From assembly GCA_003136555.1 (NCBI GenBank), contig PLEW01000175.1:2353-66352 (forward strand): DNA of 64,000 nt. The letters run 5' to 3'. The position numbers and the translations under genes are program-made. The stretch's first letter is position 1. Each line of letters starts with the position of its first letter. Below, one piece after another: positions 1 to 8,780 of this stretch. The notes under the pieces are model-generated. The model ran no database searches. It had not been told where the DNA came from and saw only the letters and a list, made by a program, of their open reading frames with translations. Source of the stretch: Planctomycetota bacterium. Its GTDB lineage: Bacteria; Planctomycetota; UBA11346.

Positions 1-1
1 T

Positions 2-811
2 GGGCTCTTCACCTCGCTGCGCGGCGGGCTGCAGACGCTCACCGACGCGCTGGTGGCCAAGCTGTCGACGGCCTCGGCGAGCGGCCGCAGCCGCGTCGAC
101 ATGCGCCTCGGCGCCAGCGTGACGGCGGTGGTGCGCAATGCGGGCAGGATGACGGTCGCGCTCGAGGAGGAGTACCTCGATGCCGACGAGGTGGTGATCG
201 CGGCGCCGGCGCATGCAGCAGGCAAGATGGTCAAGACCCTCGATCCACTGCTCTCCTATCTGCTGGTGACCATCCCCTACGCCGGGGTGCTGACCATCAA
301 CCTCGCCTTCCAGCGGCAGCAGATCCCGCAGCTGCCGGAGGCGGCCGGCTTCGTCGTCCCGGCGATCGAGGGCCGGACGCTGATCGCCTGCACCCTGGCG
401 AGCCTGAAATACCCCGAGCGCGCACCGGCGGACAGCGTGCTGCTGCGCGCCTTCGTCGGCGGGGCGCTGCACCAGCAGCATTGCGAGCTGAGCGACGGCG
501 AGGTGCTCGCGGCGGTGATGCGCGACCTGCGCGACCTCTTGGGCATCCAGGGCGAGCCGACGATGGTGCGCATCCACCGCTGGCCCAAGGCGATGGCCCA
601 ATACGTCCTCGGCCATGCTGAGCGCCTGCAGGGCATCCGCCTGCGCGAGAAGACCATCCCCGGACTGGCGCTGGTCGGCAACGGCTACGAGGGGGTGGGC
701 ATCCCCGACATCATCGCCCAGGCCGACCAGGCGGCCGAGCGCCTCGGCAGCAGCGACCAGGGCATGCCACCACCGATGCAAGGCGCGATCAGCCGCGCCA
801 CTACCGTCTAG
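2..811 (+). CDS. hemY: Protoporphyrinogen/coproporphyrinogen oxidase HemY family, C-terminal part (5' end outside window)
   Basis: Frame is open from the window edge (GLFTSLRGGLQTLTDAL). Contains LxRAFVGG, RIHRWPKAMAQY and GNGYEGVGIPD motifs typical of the HemY C-terminus. Confidence 0.9.
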   Translation, partial: GLFTSLRGGLQTLTDALVAKLSTASASGRSRVDMRLGASVTAVVRNAGRMTVALEEEYLDADEVVIAAPAHAAGKMVKTLDPLLSYLLVTIPYAGVLTINLAFQRQQIPQLPEAAGFVVPAIEGRTLIACTLASLKYPERAPADSVLLRAFVGGALHQQHCELSDGEVLAAVMRDLRDLLGIQGEPTMVRIHRWPKAMAQYVLGHAERLQGIRLREKTIPGLALVGNGYEGVGIPDIIAQADQAAERLGSSDQGMPPPMQGAISRATTV

Positions 812-909
812 CACGCCGGAGCGGACGGTGCCTCAGCCGGGGCTAATGCGCGTTGAGTCGCCTGCGCCAGCCGCCATCGTCATGGGTGTGATCGCCCAGG
901 AGTCCCGCC

Positions 910-1860
910 ATGACGACCGAGTCCCAGCCCAGCCCGACGTCGCAGTACCGCAAGAAGGTCTCGCAGGAGTGGGAGGCGGACGTGCGCCTGTTCGAGTACA
1001 CCGCCGCCGCCAACCCCAAGATGGCAGCGATCCCGATCGCCTTCCTCCCGGCCGCACTGCATCAGGAGGGCGAGACCCGCATCATCCCCTTCGACCTGTC
1101 GCGCGCGCTGGAGCTGCCCTATCCGGCGACCAGCCCCGCCCTGCTCGCCAGCTTCCTGCGCGTGCGCAGCGGAGAAACGCTGCCGACCCAGGCGAGCGCC
1201 ACTTCGCAGATGTTCTATGTCATCCGCGGCAGCGGCAAGAGCAGCGCCAGCTTCGGCGCCATCGACTGGTCGGAAGGGGACCTGTTCGTGGTGCCGATGA
1301 ATGCCGAGATGGACCATACCGCGCGCAGCGATGCCGCGCTCTACTGGGTGAGCGACGAGCCACTGCTGGCCTATCTGGGCGTCCAGCCCGGGGTGCCGCG
1401 CTTCCGCCCGACGCTGTTCCGCCGAGAGCGCCTGCTGGCCGAGCTCGAGGTGATCAGGGCCCAGTCGCATGCCACGGAACGCAACCGCATGGGCATCCTG
1501 CTGGGGAACAGCGCCACGGCCCAGACCCTGACCCTCACCCATACCCTGTGGTCGCTGCTCAACGTGCTGCCCGCGGGTGCGACGCAGAAGCCGCATCGCC
1601 ACAATTCGGTGGCCTTGGATCTGTGCATCGATGCCCACCCCGGGACCTACACCCTGATCGGCGAGCACATCGATGATCAGGGCGCGATCATCAATCCGCA
1701 GCGCGCCGACTGGTCGTCGGGCGCTGCCTTCACCACGCCGCCGGGCTGGTGGCATTCGCACCACAATAACAGCGACCATGACGCCCTGGTCCTGCCGATC
1801 CAGGATGCCGGGTTGCATACCCAGCTGCGCACCCTCGATATCCGCTTCGTCCTCGGCTGA
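910..1860 (+). CDS. Bicupin protein, gentisate 1,2-dioxygenase-like
   Basis: Two cupin repeats. The C-terminal one has PHRHNS and WWHSHHN His motifs; the N-terminal one lacks equivalent His residues. Confidence 0.7.
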   Translation: MTTESQPSPTSQYRKKVSQEWEADVRLFEYTAAANPKMAAIPIAFLPAALHQEGETRIIPFDLSRALELPYPATSPALLASFLRVRSGETLPTQASATSQMFYVIRGSGKSSASFGAIDWSEGDLFVVPMNAEMDHTARSDAALYWVSDEPLLAYLGVQPGVPRFRPTLFRRERLLAELEVIRAQSHATERNRMGILLGNSATAQTLTLTHTLWSLLNVLPAGATQKPHRHNSVALDLCIDAHPGTYTLIGEHIDDQGAIINPQRADWSSGAAFTTPPGWWHSHHNNSDHDALVLPIQDAGLHTQLRTLDIRFVLG

Positions 1861-2083
1861 CCGCAGGGGTGCGGGAGCGACCGCGCGGCACAGCGATCCC
1901 AGCCGGCTTGTCAGTCAGCGGCGTGACGATAGATTGGCCTTTTCCGCGTACTTTAGACCAGGCGCGACGAAAGAGGCGCATGGCGTCGAGACTGCCGATA
2001 TCCGCTAGCGACCGCCATTCCGGCCTCATCACGCCCAGCGGCGAGGGCCGTTGTCTGGCCGCGCGCCGGGCCAGGACCTTGCC

Positions 2084-3208
2084 ATGAGGGTGCTGACGGT
2101 CTTCGGCACCCGCCCCGAGGCGATCAAGATGGCGCCGCTGGTCCATCAGCTCGATGCCACTTCGTCGGTCGAGCAGCGCGTCTGCGTCACCGCCCAGCAT
2201 CGGCACCTGCTCGACCAGGTGCTGCGCTTCTTCAGCATCGTCCCGCACTACGACCTCGACCTGATGCGTCCCGGCCAGCAGCTCTCGGCCCTGTGCGCAG
2301 GGGTGCTCAGCGGCATGGAGCGCGTGATCGAGGACTGGCGACCGGACCAGGTGCTGGTGCACGGGGATACCACCACCTCGTTCACCGCCGCCCTGGCGGC
2401 CTTCCATCGGCGGCTGCCGGTCGGCCACGTCGAGGCGGGTCTGCGCACCGGCGACCGCAACGCACCCTGGCCGGAGGAGATCAACCGGCGGCTGACCGGC
2501 CGGCTGGCGCGCTGGCACTACGCCCCGACCGCCCAGGCACGCGACAACCTGCTGCATGAGGACGTCCCGCCGTGCGACATCGTGGTCACCGGCAATACCG
2601 GCATCGATGCCCTCCAGCAGGTGGTCGCGCGCCTGCGCGCGGACGGCGCGCTCGAGCGCCAGGTCGCCGCCGCCTTCCCCTTCATCGATGGCGGGCGGCG
2701 GCTGATCCTGATCACCGGACACCGGCGGGAGAATTTCGGCCCCGGCTTCGAGCGCATGTGCCGGGCGCTGGCGCGCATCGCGGCGCGCGAGGATGTCCAG
2801 CTGGTCTACCCGGTCCACCTCAACCCCCAGGTGCAGGAGCCGGTGGCGCGCATCCTGGGCGCGCATCCCCGCATCCATCTGGTGCCGCCGGCCGACTACC
2901 TGCCCTTCGTATGGCTGATGGACCGCTCGACCCTGGTGATCACCGATTCCGGCGGGGTGCAGGAGGAGGCGCCGTTCCTTGGCAAGCCGGTGCTGGTGAT
3001 GCGCGACACCACCGAACGTCCGGAGGCGGTCGCCGCCGGAGGCGTCCAGCTGGTCGGCACCGACGAGGAGGGCATCGTCCACGCCGCCACCGCCCTGCTC
3101 GATGAGCCGGAGCGCTACGCACGCATGAGCCGCTGCATCAGCCCCTATGGCGACGGGCAGGCGAGCCGGCGCATCGTCGCCGATCTGCTCACCCGCGGAC
3201 CGCAATGA
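2084..3208 (+). CDS. wecB: UDP-N-acetylglucosamine 2-epimerase (non-hydrolysing)
   Basis: FGTRPEAIKMAP, VHGDTTT, GHVEAGLRT, TGHRREN and TDSGGVQEEAP motifs. Start moved to ATG 2084. Confidence 0.97.
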   Translation: MRVLTVFGTRPEAIKMAPLVHQLDATSSVEQRVCVTAQHRHLLDQVLRFFSIVPHYDLDLMRPGQQLSALCAGVLSGMERVIEDWRPDQVLVHGDTTTSFTAALAAFHRRLPVGHVEAGLRTGDRNAPWPEEINRRLTGRLARWHYAPTAQARDNLLHEDVPPCDIVVTGNTGIDALQQVVARLRADGALERQVAAAFPFIDGGRRLILITGHRRENFGPGFERMCRALARIAAREDVQLVYPVHLNPQVQEPVARILGAHPRIHLVPPADYLPFVWLMDRSTLVITDSGGVQEEAPFLGKPVLVMRDTTERPEAVAAGGVQLVGTDEEGIVHAATALLDEPERYARMSRCISPYGDGQASRRIVADLLTRGPQ

Positions 3209-4038
3209 CCAGCGGGTGCACCGATCAGCCATCCGCACCAGGCCGAAGCAGCGCGCGCCTGGTGCTCGGCCTGCCGGCCTTCAACGAAGCGCCGAACATC
3301 GACCCCCTGTTCGAGCGCATCAGCCGGGTGCGGGCGCGGCTGATGCCGAACCTCAGCGTGCTGCTCTACGATGACGGATCGCGCGACGACACCGCTGAGA
3401 AGGCGCGGGCCTGGAACGGCCGGGAGGGCCTGCCGGTGCGCGTCATCGGCCTGAAGGAGAACCGCGGCCTGGGCACTGCGCTGGCAAGCCTGCTGAAGGA
3501 CTTCGCCGGCACCGCTTCGGGCGGCCAGCCGGGCGCAGAGGCGCTCGCGCTGATGGATTGCGATGACACCATGGATCCGGTGCAGCTGCCGCGCATGTGG
3601 CGGCTGCTGTCAGAGCGGCACCTCGACCTGGTGATCGCCTCGCGCTACCGCCCCGGGGCGACCATCAGCGGCGTGCCGCTGCACCGCCTGATGCTCAGCC
3701 AGGCGGCCGCCTTCATCTTCAAGAGCCTGCATCCGCTCGGCGGCATACGCGACTACTCGTGCGGGTACCGCCTGTATTCGCGCGACCTGCTCAGGCGCGC
3801 CCATGCCGTCTGGGGCGGCGACCTGGTGCAGCAGCGCGGCTTCGCCTCGATGGTCGAGGTGCTGCTCAAGCTCGGCCGGCTGGGGGCACGCTGTGCCGAG
3901 GTGCCGTTGCGGCTGCGCTACGAGCAGAAGCGCGGTGCGAGCAAGATGGCGGTCACCGACAACGCCACCCGCCTGCTGCGCCTGGCCTGGCGCTGGCGCC
4001 GCAGCGGCCTGGTGCCCCCGGCGCGCTCAGGGCGCTGA
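3205..4038 (+). CDS. GT2 glycosyltransferase, polyprenol-phosphate glycosyltransferase (DPM1-like)
   Basis: LPAFNE, DDGSRDDT, NRGLG, MDCDDT (DxD), SRY and RDYSCGYRLY motifs. ATGA overlap with the wecB stop. Confidence 0.88.
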   Translation: MTSGCTDQPSAPGRSSARLVLGLPAFNEAPNIDPLFERISRVRARLMPNLSVLLYDDGSRDDTAEKARAWNGREGLPVRVIGLKENRGLGTALASLLKDFAGTASGGQPGAEALALMDCDDTMDPVQLPRMWRLLSERHLDLVIASRYRPGATISGVPLHRLMLSQAAAFIFKSLHPLGGIRDYSCGYRLYSRDLLRRAHAVWGGDLVQQRGFASMVEVLLKLGRLGARCAEVPLRLRYEQKRGASKMAVTDNATRLLRLAWRWRRSGLVPPARSGR

Positions 4039-5946
4039 CGCAGCGGCCAGGCGGCTGGCGGCATCGGCCAGGCCAAGCGCACGGTAGATCGCCGCCAGGG
4101 CGAGGCGCGCAGGCCGATCGTCGGGATGGAGGTTGACCAGCAGCGCCGCCACGTCGAAGGCTTTCTCGGCCTGGCCGCTCTCGAGGTAGGCGACCGCCAG
4201 GCAGCACTGCAGACGCAGGCGGATATACTGCTGCTTATGCACGGCGTGGTCTGCGCGGGAGGCGGGAGCGCCGGACCACTCGAGAAGCGCAGGGATCATG
4301 TCCGGCAGCCGCATGCCATCACGGCACAGCCGGCGCAGCTCGGAGGCGGCCTGGATCTGGACCTGGGAGAAGAACGGCGCAAGCGTCTGGACGGCTTGCT
4401 GCGGATATCCGGTCCGCATGCTGATCTGAGCATGGGCGAGGGCGGCATCCTCGCCTGTGCCGCCACCAGGCAGGCGTGCGTATTCCCGCTGGCATAGTTC
4501 GTCCGCCTCGCGATCCAGGCCACGTTGGTGCAGCAGGACAGCGGCCTCGATCAGGATCGCGAGGCGCTCCCCGTCGAAGATGCGGTCGGCGTCAGGACAG
4601 GAGAAGGCGCGCAGCGCGGCTTCCCCTGCGGGGGCTCGCTTGGCCGGTTCGGTGCCCTCGGTGCGGGCATAGGCGAGCAGCGACCAGTTGATCGCCGAAT
4701 CGGGCTGCCTGCGCACCGCCGCGGCGGCAAACAGCGGCATTGAGGAGAATTCCGGCACCCGTGCCAGGGACAGCGAGGCGGTGTAGATCGCCGCCCCGGC
4801 CAGCGTTACGATCAGCGCCCGCCGAGGGCCGGCGGGGTCCAGCCGGCGGAGACCGGCGTCGATCAGCAGGCAGGGGATCAGCAGCAGCCCCGGCAAGGCC
4901 CATTGGTGGTAGTGATCGGTCATGGCGGCGAGCTGCGGCACCAGGTTGAGCGCCGGCGCCAGCGCCGCCAGGCTGAACAGCCAGGCGAAGGCCACCAGCC
5001 GGCGGGTGGCCGCCGGCAGCAGGGTCACGGCGGCGATGCCGAGCACCGCTGCCCAGCTGCCGAGGGCTGCGCCGGCAGAGCGGCTCTCATCGATAGCGTA
5101 GTAGATCGTCAGGTCGGTCGGCAGCAGGGTGTGGGCAAGGTAGCGGCACAGGATGCCGCCATCGAGCAATAGGGCCCTGCCGAGGCTGCCGCCCAGGTAG
5201 GAGCGGTGGAGGTCATCCCGCAGGTAGAGGAGGCTGGTGGCGACGAAGGCGACCACCACCAGGGATGGCAGGACCAGCCGCAACGCCCGGGACAGCCAGG
5301 GTCCCGACCCGAGCACCAGCTCATAGGCCGCCAGCATCGCCGGCAGGGCGATGGCATGCGGCTTGGCGAACAGTGCGAGCACGCCGAGTATCCAGGCCGC
5401 CGCCCCGGCGCGCCAGCCTCCGCCGTGGCGCACGGCCGTGATGTAGCAGACGACGCACCACAGGCTGAGCGCGAGGCTGACCAGGCTCTTGCGCTCGGCG
5501 AGCCAGAGCGCCGACTGCGCGCAGACCGGATGGACCGCATAGAGCAGGGCGACCGCCAGGGCGATCCCGGGCCGCGCACCCACCCTGAGCACCAGGGCAT
5601 GCACGCCGAGCGTCCCGATGCCCATCCAGACGAGCTCGTGTAGGCGTGCGAACCACCAGGAGTGCGTCCCGCCGATGGCCAGGTCCAGCCACAATGTCAG
5701 CTGGCAGATGGGGGTATAATCCCACAGCACCGTGCTCGACCACAGGGAGGCGATGCCGCGCCAGGCGCCGCCATGGAGCGCATCGTTGTCGAGGTAGTAG
5801 ATGCGATCGTCGAGACCGAGCAGGCCGAAGCCGAACGATTCGCTGTAGAGCGCGATGGGCAGGAGCACCAGCGCCACTCGCAGCCAGGTCGGACGCTGCC
5901 ACCAGTGCACCGCATGCCCACGGTCGGTGATGACCACGGTAGTCAT
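4027..5946 (-). CDS. Multi-pass GT-C-fold membrane protein with C-terminal TPR-like region (TMTC-like), paralog 1
   Basis: GLDD in the first loop, DYTP, HPxxxQSALWLAERK, FAKP and TDHY motifs, many hydrophobic segments and a helical C-terminus. True start ATG 5946 overlaps the upstream gene's stop (ATGA). Confidence 0.8.
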   Translation of the reverse strand: MTTVVITDRGHAVHWWQRPTWLRVALVLLPIALYSESFGFGLLGLDDRIYYLDNDALHGGAWRGIASLWSSTVLWDYTPICQLTLWLDLAIGGTHSWWFARLHELVWMGIGTLGVHALVLRVGARPGIALAVALLYAVHPVCAQSALWLAERKSLVSLALSLWCVVCYITAVRHGGGWRAGAAAWILGVLALFAKPHAIALPAMLAAYELVLGSGPWLSRALRLVLPSLVVVAFVATSLLYLRDDLHRSYLGGSLGRALLLDGGILCRYLAHTLLPTDLTIYYAIDESRSAGAALGSWAAVLGIAAVTLLPAATRRLVAFAWLFSLAALAPALNLVPQLAAMTDHYHQWALPGLLLIPCLLIDAGLRRLDPAGPRRALIVTLAGAAIYTASLSLARVPEFSSMPLFAAAAVRRQPDSAINWSLLAYARTEGTEPAKRAPAGEAALRAFSCPDADRIFDGERLAILIEAAVLLHQRGLDREADELCQREYARLPGGGTGEDAALAHAQISMRTGYPQQAVQTLAPFFSQVQIQAASELRRLCRDGMRLPDMIPALLEWSGAPASRADHAVHKQQYIRLRLQCCLAVAYLESGQAEKAFDVAALLVNLHPDDRPARLALAAIYRALGLADAASRLAAASAP

Positions 5947-7148
5947 GGCCGTCCCGCCCCCGGGACAGGGCCCACAACCGGACGCAAGTGCGTTCCGCCG
6001 ATCATCAGCAAGCCCCCGGGCAGCGCCGTGGCGATCAGCGCCAGGCGGTAGATGACCAGCATCGAGATCACCTGGTTGGGGCTGGCCAGGGAGCCCATCA
6101 GCGCCACCGCCGCCACCTCCATCACCCCCAGCCCGAACAGGCTGATCGGCACCGCCCCGATGAGGAAGACCAGGGACAGCAGCATCAGCATCTCGCCCCA
6201 TGGCGTGACGATGCCGAGGGTGCGCCCGGCGATGATGCAGCCCCCGATCAGCAGCAGATGGCCGGCCACGGAGCAGGCGAAGCAGGCGAGCATGACCGCA
6301 TGGTGGCGGCGGTAGGCGAGCAGCGCGGCGGCCACCAGGGCGACGCGGGGATGTGTGAGCGACCAGGTGATCAGCCGGTCGACCCCGATGACGCGGCTGA
6401 TGGTCGGCGACACCCACACCAGGATGCCGGGGACCAGGATCGCCAGGACCAGCCAGATGCGCTGCGTCAGCAGCTGATGCGACGTCGATTCGCTGAGCGT
6501 CATCCCGGCGAGCGCGGCGAGGACGAAGAGCGCGAGCAGGCCCAGCAGGCGGTCGACCAGGACGCTCATGATGGCATCCGCCGTGCGCCCGCTCTGCCGG
6601 GCGACCTGCCAGGCCTTGACCGCATCTCCGCCGGTCAGGCCCGGGAACAGGCAGTTCCAGAAGCAGCCGATCAGATGCAGGCGCAGGGTCTGGAGCGGCG
6701 ACGGCGCGATGCCGCGGGCGCGCAGCAGCAGCCACCAGCGCAGGGCCTGGACCGGGATCACGCAGGCGATCACCAGCAGCACCGTGACCAGGTCGCCGAC
6801 CTTGGCGCCGCGCAGGACCGGCATGATGCCAGGCTTGAGATGGACCTCCCCGACCGCGGTCCCCAGCTGCGCGCGCGGCAACAGGATGTCAGCGCCATCG
6901 AGCACCAGATGCAGCGACTTCCCATCCGCGTCCACCACCTGCGCCAGGCGCTGCGCTGGCGCGGGAGGCAGGCCGGGTAGGCGCGCACCAGCGGGGATGA
7001 CCACCTGGTCGTGCCAATTCATCGCCGACACCAGGTAGAGGATGGCGGCGCAGGCGATGGCCGCCTGCAGTAGCGTCCAGCGCCACGAACGGGAGCGGCC
7101 AGGCGGCGGCACGCTCGTGCCGGCGCCGGCGCCAGGTGCAGGGGTCAT
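5943..7148 (-). CDS. UPF0104 / lysylphosphatidylglycerol-synthase TM domain protein (putative flippase)
   Basis: RWWLLL, FWNCLFPGLTGGDAVK, VLVDRLLGL, PISLFGLGVME and YRL motifs of the UPF0104/AglD-flippase family. Confidence 0.85.
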   Translation of the reverse strand: MTPAPGAGAGTSVPPPGRSRSWRWTLLQAAIACAAILYLVSAMNWHDQVVIPAGARLPGLPPAPAQRLAQVVDADGKSLHLVLDGADILLPRAQLGTAVGEVHLKPGIMPVLRGAKVGDLVTVLLVIACVIPVQALRWWLLLRARGIAPSPLQTLRLHLIGCFWNCLFPGLTGGDAVKAWQVARQSGRTADAIMSVLVDRLLGLLALFVLAALAGMTLSESTSHQLLTQRIWLVLAILVPGILVWVSPTISRVIGVDRLITWSLTHPRVALVAAALLAYRRHHAVMLACFACSVAGHLLLIGGCIIAGRTLGIVTPWGEMLMLLSLVFLIGAVPISLFGLGVMEVAAVALMGSLASPNQVISMLVIYRLALIATALPGGLLMIGGTHLRPVVGPVPGAGRP

Positions 7149-7235
7149 CCTGAGAATGCTTGGCTGTCGGGGACCAAGTCAATGTGCAATGCCACGCGCT
7201 CCCGGCCGGCGATGGCGCGCATCCAGGTCGGGCAT

Positions 7236-8246
7236 TCATTCCTCCGGCTCGCCAGGCCAGCGCACCCCGGCCTGATGGCGCAGGGCATCCAGGGTGCGGG
7301 CCTGGCCGAGGCTGTCGGCCCAGGTCATCACGGGAGACTGGAGGTCGGCGATATGATCCGCCACTTCGAGCGCCTCGCGGGTGTAGCGCGTAGTGCCGTC
7401 ATCCTCCACCACCACCGTGCGCGGCGGGCCATCCTGGGGATGCACGATGAAGGCAGACGAACCCGGCGTGCAGCGGTAGGGCTCGGTGACCTCGATCCAG
7501 CCGCGACTGCCATGGAGAGCCGCGCCTGGAGGGGCGGCGACGCGGATGCTGGCGACGAAGCTCCCGAGCACCCCATCCGGGAAGAGCAGCTGTCCGCCGC
7601 TCCATTCGTCGACCCCGGTCTCACCGATATGCGCGCTGCACGAAGTCGCCACCGGCTCGGCGCCCGCCATCCAGCGCAGCCAGCTGATCGGGTAGCAGCC
7701 GACGTCCATCAGCGCGCCGCCGCCATAGGCGAGAGTGAGCAGCCGGCCGTCCGCGCGCCCGCCACCATCGAAGCAGAAGGAGGCCTGCAGCAGGCGCAGC
7801 GTGCCGATGGCGCCGTCGGCGATCAGCTCGCGCAGGCGGGCCCAGCGGGGGTGGCAGCGATAGAGGAAGCCCTCCATGAAGAACACCCGGTTCGCGCGCG
7901 CCGTCGCCAGCACCCCCTCGAGTTCCCGCGCCGTCATCGTCGCGGGCTTCTCGCACAGCACATGCTTGCCGCGCGCGAGCGCCTTCACCGACCATTCGGC
8001 ATGCAGATGGTTGAGCAGGCTGACATAGACCACCTCGACCTGATCATCCTCGAGCAAGGCCTGGTACGAGGCGTGGGCGCGTACGTGCGGGCCGAATTCG
8101 CGGGCGAAGGCGGCGGCGCTGTCGGCGTGCCGGCTGCCGACGGCGACCAGCTCCAGACGCGCGTTGCCCTGGCCCAGACCCTGGGCGAATTTGCGCGCGA
8201 TGTTCCCGGTGCCCATGATGCCCCAGCGGAGCGGTGCGGTAGCCAT
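7236..8246 (-). CDS. Gfo/Idh/MocA family oxidoreductase
   Basis: WGIMGTGNIA, VYVSLLNHLH, KHVLCEKP and GGGALMDVGCY motifs. Start taken at ATG 8246. Confidence 0.92.
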   Translation of the reverse strand: MATAPLRWGIMGTGNIARKFAQGLGQGNARLELVAVGSRHADSAAAFAREFGPHVRAHASYQALLEDDQVEVVYVSLLNHLHAEWSVKALARGKHVLCEKPATMTARELEGVLATARANRVFFMEGFLYRCHPRWARLRELIADGAIGTLRLLQASFCFDGGGRADGRLLTLAYGGGALMDVGCYPISWLRWMAGAEPVATSCSAHIGETGVDEWSGGQLLFPDGVLGSFVASIRVAAPPGAALHGSRGWIEVTEPYRCTPGSSAFIVHPQDGPPRTVVVEDDGTTRYTREALEVADHIADLQSPVMTWADSLGQARTLDALRHQAGVRWPGEPEE

Positions 8247-8289
8247 GGCGCTGACCTCGGTGGGAGCGGGTGGAGTCATCGGTCGACGC

Positions 8290-8655
8290 TCAGGCCTGTA
8301 CCAGCGGAGAGCGGCTCCACAGCGAGACCATCAGCCCCGCGAGTATCAGCACCAGGCCGAGCAGGTCCTGCCAGCGCGGCAGCTCGCGCAGGTAGGCGAG
8401 CGCGAAGACCAGGAAGAGGGTCAAGGCGATGCCTTCCTGCAGCACCTTGAGCTGCCAGGAGGTGTATGTGCCGCCGAGGCTGGCGGCACCCATGCGGTTG
8501 GCCGGCACCGCAAGGCAGTACTCGGGCAGGGCGATGAACCAGGAGAGGGCGATGAAGCCGATCAACGGCATGGCATCGGATCTGACCTTGAGGTGCCAGT
8601 ACCACGCCGAGGTCATGAACGCATTGGAGGCGATGAGCAGGAGGATGGTGGGCAT
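8290..8655 (-). CDS. DMT family membrane protein (DUF486-like)
   Basis: SNAFMTSAWYWHLK, SWFIALPEYCLAVPANR and QLKVLQE pattern; four TM segments. Confidence 0.85.
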   Translation of the reverse strand: MPTILLLIASNAFMTSAWYWHLKVRSDAMPLIGFIALSWFIALPEYCLAVPANRMGAASLGGTYTSWQLKVLQEGIALTLFLVFALAYLRELPRWQDLLGLVLILAGLMVSLWSRSPLVQA

Positions 8656-8780
8656 GGCGTCATGATCTGCCGCCTGGCCGCGATGCGAGCCTCAGCTGCG
8701 GCAGTCCAGCCGCGCGTCTCCAGGCGATGCGTGCCAATGATGGTAGACATGCCAGGCGCCGAGCCCAGACTTGGTCCATC

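Noticed and set aside
5947-6735. N-terminal extension making a 902-aa ORF
   Set aside because: It overlaps the flippase gene on the same strand in another frame and is Arg/Pro/Gly-rich junk; the real start is 5946.
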